Source of the DNA: Clostridia bacterium
Lineage (GTDB): Bacteria; Bacillota; Clostridia; TANB77; CAG-465
Assembly (NCBI GenBank): GCA_045611765.1
Contig: JAZKXT010000012.1
Span: 7,759 to 71,758, forward strand
DNA length: 64,000 nt
Direction of reading: 5' to 3'
Part shown: positions 28,503 through 36,799 of the stretch, piece by piece
Layout of the letters: each line of letters opens with the position of its first letter
How positions within the stretch are numbered: position 1 is the stretch's first letter
Program-made: the position numbers and the translations under genes
The notes under the pieces: model-generated
The model's database searches: none
What the model was told of the DNA's origin: nothing
What the model saw: only the letters and a program-made list of their open reading frames with translations

Positions 28503-29180
28503 AAAAGCAAGAGAATGACAGAAGCCAGAGCTCAAGTTGAAGCAAGATTATATGAAATCGATGAAGCTTTAGAACTAATTGAAAAATTACCAAAAGCTAA
28601 ATTTGATGAAAGTATAGAAATGCACGTTAAACTTGGCGTTGATTCTAAGCAAGCAGACCAACAAGTAAGAGGTACAGTAGTACTTCCAAATGGTACTGGT
28701 AAATCTAAAAAAGTTTTAGTACTTGCTAAATCTGAAAAAGCAGCAGCCGCTGAAGCTGCAGGAGCAGATTACGTTGGAGACGACGATATGATAGCTAAAA
28801 TCGCTAACGAAGGTTGGTTAGATTTTGATGCTGTTGTAGCAACTCCAGATATGATGCCAGCGCTTGGAAGAATAGCTAAAATACTAGGACCTAAAGGTTT
28901 AATGCCAAACCCTAAAGCTGGTACAGTTACAGTTGATACTGCTAAAGCAGTTGCTGAAATTAAAGCAGGTAAAGTTGAATACAGATTAGATAAAAACAAC
29001 ATAATCCATGCTTCAATTGGTAAAGTTTCATTCGGAACAGAAAAAATAAAACAAAACTATGAAACATTACTAGAGGCTATAGTTAAAGCAAAACCAGCTG
29101 CTGCAAAAGGAACTTACTTAAAATCAGTTGCATTGTCAACAACTATGGGACCTGGAATAAAAATATCAACAAAAATATAA
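28503..29180 (+). CDS. rplA: 50S ribosomal protein L1
   Basis: GTG start 6 nt after a GGAGGG ribosome-binding site. Contains [26 protein letters not shown] and [14 protein letters not shown]. Confidence 0.93.
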   Translation, partial: KSKRMTEARAQVEARLYEIDEALELIEKLPKAKFDESIEMHVKLGVDSKQADQQVRGTVVLPNGTGKSKKVLVLAKSEKAAAAEAAGADYVGDDDMIAKIANEGWLDFDAVVATPDMMPALGRIAKILGPKGLMPNPKAGTVTVDTAKAVAEIKAGKVEYRLDKNNIIHASIGKVSFGTEKIKQNYETLLEAIVKAKPAAAKGTYLKSVALSTTMGPGIKISTKI

Positions 29181-29186
29181 TGAAAG

Positions 29187-29211
29187 TACCGCAAAGCATG
29201 CGGTATTTTTC
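29187..29211 (+). terminator. rho-independent terminator after rplA
   Basis: TACCGCA-AAGCA-TGCGGTA stem followed by TTTTT. Confidence 0.7.
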
Positions 29212-29226
29212 TTTTCGGTGAAGTTT

Positions 29227-30645
29227 ATGAAAGAAGATTTAATTAAGAAATTGGTAGATACATTTAAGGTTGAAGCAGAGAAATACAGTAATCAATTAGA
29301 AGGTGTTGTAAATTATAAATGCGAGGAGTTTTTTAGAAAAAATAATCCAGCAAAGGGCTATCACTCTGTAGATGCAAGTATAATGTTTAAGAATTTTGTT
29401 TTGAAACTGGAGTACAAAATAAATATAAGTGCTTTGCTTCCAAAATCTACAATAGAAATGCGTTTTATGTTTGAAAATGGAAAACTGCCAGTAGAGTTTT
29501 CGATTTATGATTTACTAAATGTAATACAGCCGAATGATTTTAAATGCTATACATTTAGCTATATTACAACTGAGTATAAAATGAAGGAAGTTTTAGAATA
29601 CTTGGTGGATACATTTAGAGGATATAAGGAAGAGATAGAAAAAACAAGTCAAAATGCGGAAAATATTAAGGTATTAGAAAATCTTGTTGAAGAGAAGATA
29701 AAATTGTTTTTAAGAGAGGATATTTTAAAATCACGCAATGCATTTTACTTAATGCACATGCTTGAGTGGTATTATGTACTCGATATTTCAAGATTTACTG
29801 CGGCTTCATATATCAATTATACAACTGGAGAATATAACAAATCTATAAAAGGATATAAAAAATTAAAGGGTAAATTGACAGATTATGAACAGAGATTAGT
29901 AGAACATATGAAATTAAATAGCCATGAAATTCAAACGCCTGTTAGGGATGACATGAATACGTTAGCCAAAGCAATGAAGCTTAAAAATGCGAAAACGGGT
30001 TTAGTGGCTATGTGCCTAGCGTGGATTGTTCTTATGCCTATATGGTGCACAATTTATGATTTAGTCTATAATATTGCAAGATATTTCTTTTCTAAAGATG
30101 CGGTATATGTTGTATATGAACTTCCGATTATAATATTTTTTACTGCTTTTATAACAGCAATGGTTCATACATATTTTACTCGTAGAATAGTATATAAGCT
30201 GTTATTTAAGAAGAAATATAATGAAATAAAAGCGCTAGAAGAAATACAACATAACGAAAAACGTGAACAATTCATAAACAAATTACTTCAGTTCGTAATA
30301 GCAGCAAGTTTAGTATTTGCAGTACTTATCGCAAATACAAATATGACGTTTTTTAAGGGACACTTTAAAGATAATTCGAATTTGTTGGATATAAAAGGAA
30401 CTGAATACAATTACAAAGATGTTTATTGTGTGTATAAAGCAAATGGTGCGCTAAACAATTTAGGAGAAGTTGTTAATAATCCCACATACGTTATAGTACT
30501 AAAAGGTGGAACTCAGATAAATTTATATAATATTGCCACTTTTGAGGATATTAAACAAAATATTATACCAATATTGGAAAATCAAAACATAGAAATACGA
30601 GAAATAGATTTGATAGATAATATAGAACAAGATTTAAATAAATAA
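29227..30645 (+). CDS. hypothetical membrane protein (473 aa, about three central transmembrane helices)
   Basis: AT-rich, host-like composition. No family recognised. It begins about 15 nt after the rplA terminator, with no obvious promoter of its own. Confidence 0.45.
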   Translation: MKEDLIKKLVDTFKVEAEKYSNQLEGVVNYKCEEFFRKNNPAKGYHSVDASIMFKNFVLKLEYKINISALLPKSTIEMRFMFENGKLPVEFSIYDLLNVIQPNDFKCYTFSYITTEYKMKEVLEYLVDTFRGYKEEIEKTSQNAENIKVLENLVEEKIKLFLREDILKSRNAFYLMHMLEWYYVLDISRFTAASYINYTTGEYNKSIKGYKKLKGKLTDYEQRLVEHMKLNSHEIQTPVRDDMNTLAKAMKLKNAKTGLVAMCLAWIVLMPIWCTIYDLVYNIARYFFSKDAVYVVYELPIIIFFTAFITAMVHTYFTRRIVYKLLFKKKYNEIKALEEIQHNEKREQFINKLLQFVIAASLVFAVLIANTNMTFFKGHFKDNSNLLDIKGTEYNYKDVYCVYKANGALNNLGEVVNNPTYVIVLKGGTQINLYNIATFEDIKQNIIPILENQNIEIREIDLIDNIEQDLNK

Positions 30646-30689
30646 AAGTAAAGTCGAGACGCTAGTTTCGGCTTTTATCATGTTTAGAA

Positions 30690-30718
30690 TTGAAAAATTA
30701 TGTAAATTGTGGTATAAT
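30690..30718 (+). promoter_or_regulatory. sigma-A promoter of the TPM–TPM–LemA operon
   Basis: TTGAAA at 30690–30695, a 17-nt spacer, and TGGTATAAT with TATAAT at 30713–30718. Confidence 0.6.
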
Positions 30719-30823
30719 ATTAATCGGTTATTAAAGTGTATCCATTACCAATTGGTGAAAGAAGATTATGTATTTTAACTAATGTATAAACAAATCAAAT
30801 AAAAATGTAAAAGGAGAATGTTT

Positions 30824-32362
30824 ATGAGAAAAACACTACGGATACTAAGTTTAATTTTTATAGCACTGCTGATGTGTGCAAGTACGTTAATCTTTGTGTA
30901 CGCCGCTGCCACTATTCCAGCTGCTACATCGGAGTTTTACGTAAATGATTTTGCCGGAGTATTTACTGAAACCGAAAAAAACAAGCTTGTTTCTAATGCT
31001 GTTACACTGGCAAATGAGCATGACGGTATACAAGTAGTTATAACAACTATTAAGTCGTTGGATGGAGATAGTATTGAAAACTATGCGTATAACATGTATA
31101 ACCAATATGGCATTGGCAAAGGCGATATGGGACTTCTTATTCTTCTTGCAACAGAGGATAGAGAAATTCGTGTCGAAGTAGGAAGAGGTATGGAAGGCTA
31201 TATCAACGACGTCAAAGCAGGACGGTTTATGGATAACTACGCAATTCCGAGTTTTAGCGAAAACAAGTTTAATGAAGGTTTGATAGCGCTTCAAGAAGCT
31301 TTTATTACGGAGATTGAGAAGTGTATTAGTTCTGAAGCCAATCCTAAACCAAACTTTGGAATTCAAATTGATGTAGACTGGGGAACTGTGCTTTTTGTTC
31401 TTTTAATAATTGTAACTGCAACTGCCAGTATTTGGGGCATAGTACTCATCGTGGTTAAAGTGAAAAAGAAGAAAAAAGAAAAAAGGGAATATGTGCAAGA
31501 GTTAAAAAAACGTATTGATACTCTTAATTATACGATTGACTCTCGGAACACTACTATCGCCAGTTTGAAAGCGGAAAACCAAAAATTATCTAACCAGCTA
31601 AGTTCGGAGAGGCAAAAGTCATCTAATCAACTAAACGAAGCCAGGCAATCTTTGGATGCTATGGAAAACTGGCATACACGTATACTTGCGATCTATCCGG
31701 ATGCGGATAAAAAAGTAGAAGAAATGATACAAGCTGAAAAAGTTGCCAAGGATAAAGAGACCGCTAAAAGAGTAGATAAACTCATCGAATCTGTTATAAA
31801 TTTGAGTCCTGACAAAGATTTAATTGAAACATTAGAAAGTATAAAATACGAAATAGACTTTTTGAGTCAGGATGAAGCTCAATATTTGGAATCAGATATA
31901 AACAGATTTAACACTTTGTTTAAGGCCTCTAGAACTCTAAAAAGGGAATACGATGAGAAGGTTGAACAGGAACGCAGGCAACGTCAGACCGAGCGTCGCA
32001 AACAGAAAGGCGCGGAGATTACCAAACAGCTTTTGAGTATAATATCAATAGTTGGCATTGCACGCGCAAGCCACTTGCCAAAACTTAGAAGTGCAAGGTG
32101 CCTTTACAAAGACCTGGACAGCGAAACAAAAAGTTATGTAGATTCCTCTGCTATTTCGAAAATTGAAGAGTTGTTTAAGCAAGCTAAACGAGATGAAGAG
32201 GAAGAAGAGGCGCGTAAACGTAGAAAAAGGCAAGAGGAAGAAGAGGCTGAACGTCGCAGAAGACAGGCTATGCATAATTCCACAATATCTCGGACTCATT
32301 CAAGCGGTCATGGTGGGTTTGGCGGTCGTTCTGGTGGCGGCGGTTCCTCAAGACGTTTTTAA
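30824..32362 (+). CDS. TPM-domain (TLP18.3/Psb32/MOLO-1, DUF477) protein with a transmembrane helix, a ~300-aa coiled-coil or charged insert, and a Gly-rich C-terminal tail
   Basis: Signal/anchor sequence, then the TPM core (YVNDFAGVFTETEKNKL...GDMGLLILLATEDREIRVEVGRGMEGYINDVKAGRF), then a transmembrane helix. This is followed by heptad-like and R/K/E-rich segments (RRQRQTERRKQ; EEEEEARKRRKRQEEEEAERRRRQ) and a GHGGFGGRSGGGGSSRRF tail. Confidence 0.75.
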   Translation: MRKTLRILSLIFIALLMCASTLIFVYAAATIPAATSEFYVNDFAGVFTETEKNKLVSNAVTLANEHDGIQVVITTIKSLDGDSIENYAYNMYNQYGIGKGDMGLLILLATEDREIRVEVGRGMEGYINDVKAGRFMDNYAIPSFSENKFNEGLIALQEAFITEIEKCISSEANPKPNFGIQIDVDWGTVLFVLLIIVTATASIWGIVLIVVKVKKKKKEKREYVQELKKRIDTLNYTIDSRNTTIASLKAENQKLSNQLSSERQKSSNQLNEARQSLDAMENWHTRILAIYPDADKKVEEMIQAEKVAKDKETAKRVDKLIESVINLSPDKDLIETLESIKYEIDFLSQDEAQYLESDINRFNTLFKASRTLKREYDEKVEQERRQRQTERRKQKGAEITKQLLSIISIVGIARASHLPKLRSARCLYKDLDSETKSYVDSSAISKIEELFKQAKRDEEEEEARKRRKRQEEEEAERRRRQAMHNSTISRTHSSGHGGFGGRSGGGGSSRRF

Positions 32363-32388
32363 AAATACTGAAAAGGAGATGTGACAAA

Positions 32389-33135
32389 ATGATTAAAAAG
32401 CGGCTAGTGGTTTTGGCGGCGTTAATTGTATCGATGTTGCTCGTAATTACTTTTTCTGGATGCGAGCAGAAGCAAAACATTATTGTGCCTGAACTTAAGC
32501 AAAACGTCTATGTCTATGACCAAGACAGTTGCATAGACGATGAGGTGGAAGCTGAGATTAACCTCATGATAAAAGAGCTAGAGGAAAAAACAGAAGCTGA
32601 ATTTGCTATAATTTCTATTCAAGGGTTAAACGGATATACTATCGAAGAATATGCCAATGAATTGTTTAATACTTTGGGAATAGGAAAAGAAGGCAAAGAC
32701 AATGGTGTTTTGTTGCTCTTTTCAAAGGCGGATAAACGAGTAAGACTTGAAATTGGCAGAGGCTTAGAGGGTTGTCTGAATGATGCTAAATGCGGCAGAA
32801 TTTTAGATGATTATTTTGTACCTTATCGCGAAGAAGACGACTATACTACTGCGAGTAAGAATACTGTCATAGCTGTACTGAATGTTATCGCGGATGAGTA
32901 TCAAGTGGAACTTGAAAATGTGGAAGAAATGCAAGTTGATGAAGATAAGAAAAATGATGCACCAATATGGGTATATATTGTAGTTTTTGCACTTATCTTT
33001 ATAGTGGCAATTCTGAAAAGTTCTGGAGATAACGAGTGGTACGGTGGCGGTTACCATGGTGGCTTCTCTGGTGGAAGTCGTTCTGGCGGTGGCTTCGGTG
33101 GTGGCCGTTCAGGTGGTGGCGGAGCCTCGCGTTAA
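32389..33135 (+). CDS. TPM-domain (DUF477) lipoprotein with a transmembrane helix and a Gly-rich tail
   Basis: Lipobox-like ITFSGC. TPM core GVLLLFSKADKRVRLEIGRGLEGCLNDAKCGRI, then a transmembrane helix and GGYHGGFSGGSRSGGGFGGGRSGGGGASR. Confidence 0.75.
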   Translation: MIKKRLVVLAALIVSMLLVITFSGCEQKQNIIVPELKQNVYVYDQDSCIDDEVEAEINLMIKELEEKTEAEFAIISIQGLNGYTIEEYANELFNTLGIGKEGKDNGVLLLFSKADKRVRLEIGRGLEGCLNDAKCGRILDDYFVPYREEDDYTTASKNTVIAVLNVIADEYQVELENVEEMQVDEDKKNDAPIWVYIVVFALIFIVAILKSSGDNEWYGGGYHGGFSGGSRSGGGFGGGRSGGGGASR

Positions 33136-33183
33136 TTAAAGTGTATTAAAACATAATATAACATCATTTAGGAGGAATATTTT

Positions 33184-33759
33184 ATGAAAAATTCTACAAA
33201 GTGGCTCGTGATTATCTTGGTTATTGTAGCCGTAGTCGTCATCTGTTTTGTTTCTACACAGAACAACCTAGTAAACCTGGAGGAAGAAGTCAAACTTCAA
33301 TTCTCCCAAGTCGAAACAACATTACAACGGCGAAGCGACCTTATTCCCAATCTGGTAGCAACGGTTAAAGGCTATGCTACTCATGAGGAAGAAGTTTTTG
33401 TGCAGATTGCCGATGCAAGAGCAAAGCTTGCTGGAAGTATTAAAACTGGCGATGTAGATGATATTAATAAAGCCAGCAATGAGTTGGATTCTGCTTTGAG
33501 CCGTCTGCTTGTGATTACAGAAAATTATCCTGAACTCAAGGCAAACGAACAATTTGTCGGTCTCATGGATGAATTAGCTGGAACTGAAAATCGGATTGCT
33601 ATCGCAAGACAGAATTACAATGAAACGGTAGCAAAATACAATAAAGCCATTAGGATGTTCCCGACAAGCATTGTAGCAGGTATGTTGGGGTGCGAGTCCG
33701 CAGATTATTTTGAAGCGGATGATGATGCTAAAGATACCCCTGTTGTAGATTTTGGTTAA
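33184..33759 (+). CDS. lemA: LemA family protein
   Basis: N-terminal transmembrane helix followed by NLVNLEEEVKLQFSQVETTLQRRSDLIPNLV...ENYPELKANEQF, which is typical of LemA. Confidence 0.8.
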   Translation: MKNSTKWLVIILVIVAVVVICFVSTQNNLVNLEEEVKLQFSQVETTLQRRSDLIPNLVATVKGYATHEEEVFVQIADARAKLAGSIKTGDVDDINKASNELDSALSRLLVITENYPELKANEQFVGLMDELAGTENRIAIARQNYNETVAKYNKAIRMFPTSIVAGMLGCESADYFEADDDAKDTPVVDFG

Positions 33760-33765
33760 AGCGTA

Positions 33766-33793
33766 ATAGCGCCCTAATTTAGGGCGCTATTAT
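33766..33793. terminator. bidirectional terminator (13-bp perfect stem)
   Basis: AATAGCGCCCTAA-T-TTAGGGCGCTATT, between the convergent lemA and the M14 peptidase gene. Confidence 0.75.
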
Positions 33794-33812
33794 ATTATAC
33801 AAAATTAAATTG

Positions 33813-34943
33813 TTATATTAAAAATGATGCTGTGACAAGAATACCAATATTGTCTTGGTAAATAGTATCGAACTGGGAAAGTGGCAAAGGATTAGTACCT
33901 AGTCCTACTTCCATTGTATATGCTGGCAGGTTATATGTTTGTATAAACCAATCTTTAAAACCGGCAAAGCTAGAGGCGTAAGGCGTATCCTCGAGAGAAT
34001 ATCCACTAAGACTTGAAAATGTTTCTCCTATTTCTAAAGCGTTAGGTGGGTTATAATCTAAAAATTTCCAATATATTACCTCGCCTTGTGAATGATAAGT
34101 AAGCATAAGTTCGAAGTTGTGATTCATAGTAAAGTCGTAAAGAGCAATTGCTTCAACAGCTTCTAAAGGCGAATCGCCTACAAAATCTCTTGGCGCATAA
34201 CTAGTATAACCTTGTGAAAACTTAATTTGTCTTGCTTGTTCCCAAAGGGCAGGGAATTGAAGATTTAAGTCAATTCCTTGTACATTTGCTTTCCAACCAT
34301 TTGGAAAAGGAATGCTAGGATATCTTCTGGCAATTTGTCTTGCGTTCAAATACTCGTTTGAATTTTTATCTAATGTGCCTGTTACCAAGTCAATACCATC
34401 AGGGTTAAGCATAGGAACTATATATATTGTAGAAGTGTCATAAATATCCTTTGCAAATCTATCGAAAATTTTATCACCGCTAGCATAAGCAGTAGCATAT
34501 TCTTCTACAAATTTCATAAGTAGCGGTGAGCATATCCATTCGTTAGCGTGAGTGCCAGCGACATACAACAATTGTTTTGGGCCATTCCCAAGTTTAATAT
34601 ATGGAATGTCTTTATCCATTACGCTATCTCCGATTGAGCCTGATGAAATAAAAGTATATTTGTTTAGTAGAGCTTTAATATTAAGAATAAGAATATCATA
34701 AGCATATGGAATGGTAGTTGGAACTTGTGTATATGGTAACAGTAAATTCCAAGTGGTTTCGCCTACTATACCATCAGCTGTTATATTATTGTTTGCTTGA
34801 AATTCCTTGACTGCATTTAATGTGTTTGTTCCAAATATTCCATCGACTTCATTATCGTACAGCTTTAAATCCTTTAATGTCAATTGTAAGAAGTTAACTA
34901 GAGGTCCAAGTGAACCGTTTTGTAGTACTAACATAAATTTCAC
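33813..34943 (-). CDS. M14-family zinc carboxypeptidase (γ-D-glutamyl-diamino-acid endopeptidase-like) with an N-terminal peptidoglycan-binding domain
   Basis: PG_binding_1-like DGIFGTNTLNAVKEFQANNNITADGIVGETTW. M14 zinc ligand motif GTHANEW...E. Confidence 0.7.
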   Translation of the reverse strand: MKFMLVLQNGSLGPLVNFLQLTLKDLKLYDNEVDGIFGTNTLNAVKEFQANNNITADGIVGETTWNLLLPYTQVPTTIPYAYDILILNIKALLNKYTFISSGSIGDSVMDKDIPYIKLGNGPKQLLYVAGTHANEWICSPLLMKFVEEYATAYASGDKIFDRFAKDIYDTSTIYIVPMLNPDGIDLVTGTLDKNSNEYLNARQIARRYPSIPFPNGWKANVQGIDLNLQFPALWEQARQIKFSQGYTSYAPRDFVGDSPLEAVEAIALYDFTMNHNFELMLTYHSQGEVIYWKFLDYNPPNALEIGETFSSLSGYSLEDTPYASSFAGFKDWFIQTYNLPAYTMEVGLGTNPLPLSQFDTIYQDNIGILVTASFLI

Positions 34944-35031
34944 CTGATATATTGTATTACTAAAGGTCTATACATGTTCATTGGTGGTAAAATAAATTAT
35001 GCTGAGACTTAAAGAAATTTAACATAAACTG

Positions 35032-35060
35032 TTGACAAAATACAAATAATATATTATAAT
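35032..35060 (+). promoter_or_regulatory. consensus sigma-A promoter of rplJL
   Basis: TTGACA at 35032–35037, a 17-nt spacer, and TATAAT at 35055–35060. Confidence 0.7.
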
Positions 35061-35225
35061 AATAAGCGTAAATTGAATTTACCCAAGACAGTAGGTACAA
35101 ACATAAATCCTACCGAGGTGATTAGTAATCGTGTGAATATTCTTATTTTAAGATTGAGATATATGATACTGTTGCCTTATGGGTAACAGTATTTTTAATT
35201 AGACTAAAGGAAGGAGAGATTGTAA
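35061..35225 (+). promoter_or_regulatory. ribosomal protein L10 leader (autoregulatory 5'-UTR with an attenuator hairpin)
   Basis: A ~165-nt structured leader between the promoter and rplJ. An 11-bp hairpin (ATACTGTTGCC-TTATG-GGTAACAGTAT) followed by TTTTT lies about 35 nt before the ribosome-binding site, as in the Firmicute L10(L12)4-responsive attenuator. Confidence 0.6.
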
Positions 35226-35735
35226 ATGCCAAGCGCAAAAGTTTTAGAAGCAAAAAAAGCTCAAGTTAAAGAATTAGCTGAAAAACTTGCTAATGCTAAA
35301 ATGACTTTCTTCGTAGACTATAAAGGAATAACAGTTGATGAAGATAAGGATTTAAGAAAAGCATATAGAGAAGCTGGTAACGAATGTATGGTTATCAAAA
35401 ATTCTTTAATTAAGCTTGCTTGTAAAGAAGCAAAAATTGAAGGTTTAGACGAAGTTCTTGAAGGCCCTACAGCAGTAGTTATAGGAACTGAAGAATATAC
35501 AACTGGACCAAAAATTGCATATGATTTTGCAAAAACTCATGATTTCTATAAATTTAAAGCTGGAATCATGGATGGTAAAGCAGTAAACGTTGAAGAAGTT
35601 AACAAACTTGCTAAATTACCATCAAAAGAAGTTCTACTTACTCAACTTGCTTCTGCCCTTATCGGTAACATACGTAACCTAGCAGTAGTACTTGATCAAG
35701 TAGCAAAGAAAAACGAGGAACAAGTTAGTGCCTAA
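35226..35735 (+). CDS. rplJ: 50S ribosomal protein L10
   Basis: MPSAKVLEAKKAQVKELAEKLANAKMTFFVDYKGITV. Confidence 0.95.
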   Translation: MPSAKVLEAKKAQVKELAEKLANAKMTFFVDYKGITVDEDKDLRKAYREAGNECMVIKNSLIKLACKEAKIEGLDEVLEGPTAVVIGTEEYTTGPKIAYDFAKTHDFYKFKAGIMDGKAVNVEEVNKLAKLPSKEVLLTQLASALIGNIRNLAVVLDQVAKKNEEQVSA

Positions 35736-35769
35736 TAGACTAACATAGAAATTTAAGGAGGATTTTAAA

Positions 35770-36144
35770 ATGGAAAAAATAGAAAAAATAATCGCTGAAG
35801 TTGAAACTTTAACAGTTTTAGAACTAGCAGATTTAGTAAAAGCAATCGAAGAAAAATTTGGAGTATCTGCAGCTGCAGCAGTTGTAGCAGTAGCAGGTGG
35901 AGCAGCAGCAGGAGCAGCAGCTGGTGAAGAAAAAACAGAATTTAACGTAGTTCTTAAAGATGCAGGAGCTAGCAAAATTCAAGTAATCAAAGCAGTAAGA
36001 GAAGCTACAGGTCTTGGGCTTAAAGAAGCTAAAGATTTAGTTGATGGAGCACCAGCAACAGTTAAAGAAAACGTAGCTAAAGAAGAAGCTGAAAAAATGA
36101 AAGCAGCTTTAACAGAAGCAGGCGCAACAGTTGAACTTGTTTAA
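35770..36144 (+). CDS. rplL: 50S ribosomal protein L7/L12
   Basis: Ala-rich hinge, then the C-terminal domain [27 protein letters not shown]. Confidence 0.97.
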   Translation: MEKIEKIIAEVETLTVLELADLVKAIEEKFGVSAAAAVVAVAGGAAAGAAAGEEKTEFNVVLKDAGASKIQVIKAVREATGLGLKEAKDLVDGAPATVKENVAKEEAEKMKAALTEAGATVELV

Positions 36145-36166
36145 TCTAAATTAAAAATACAATAAA

Positions 36167-36200
36167 TAAAACACTTCGGAATTTATCCGAAGTGTTTTGT
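36167..36200. terminator. bidirectional terminator after rplL
   Basis: AAAACACTTCGGA-ATTTA-TCCGAAGTGTTTT is a perfect 13-bp stem with a T-run. Confidence 0.8.
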
Positions 36201-36204
36201 GCTT

Positions 36205-36660
36205 TTAAAGGCTGTTGTTTTTCTGGAATCTGTAATTGCGCATTTCTTTTTCAAATTGGTACACCGCTACTATGTGATTAACTTGTCTTTTGCCTGCTTT
36301 AGTACGATGTTTCTTTACAAGATACTCTAAATAGTAATAGCCATAAAATACAGACATACAAGTGGTAGCAACTACAAGTAGCCAAGCTAAGTTATAGAAG
36401 AAGCCAAAGTTAACGATGTAATCTCCATCTATAAAATCATAATTGTAAAACCAGGTAGAAGCTACAGTGTAACCGTTTTGCCGCATGAAAATGATTTCGC
36501 TTTTGTGAGGTTCGGGAATACTGTCAATGCTATAATAGGTGATTGCGGATTCGTTGTAGATGAGTGTTGTGATTACGAGTACGATGCAACAAGCGGCAAG
36601 TACGAATAACCAGAACGTTAATTTCTCTCTGAGGAAATCTCCTCTTTTGTTAGTGGACAT
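36205..36660 (-). CDS. hypothetical membrane protein (cassette H, about 151 aa)
   Basis: Three hydrophobic helices. Minus-strand promoter TTGCTT-17-TATAAT at about 36712–36684. Moderately GC-elevated. Confidence 0.45.
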   Translation of the reverse strand: MSTNKRGDFLREKLTFWLFVLAACCIVLVITTLIYNESAITYYSIDSIPEPHKSEIIFMRQNGYTVASTWFYNYDFIDGDYIVNFGFFYNLAWLLVVATTCMSVFYGYYYLEYLVKKHRTKAGKRQVNHIVAVYQFEKEMRNYRFQKNNSL

Positions 36661-36746
36661 AGTGTTGACCTCCATCTTTATATTTAATATAACATAATTA
36701 TATCATAAATTAGGCCAAAAAGCAAATTTATGTAAACGAACTACAT

Positions 36747-36775
36747 TTGACAAATCCACGCAATAGTTATATAAT
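36747..36775 (+). promoter_or_regulatory. sigma-A promoter of tex
   Basis: TTGACA at 36747–36752, a 17-nt spacer, and TATAAT at 36770–36775. Confidence 0.6.
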
Positions 36776-36799
36776 ACGCATGGAAAGAAGAGGTATAAT

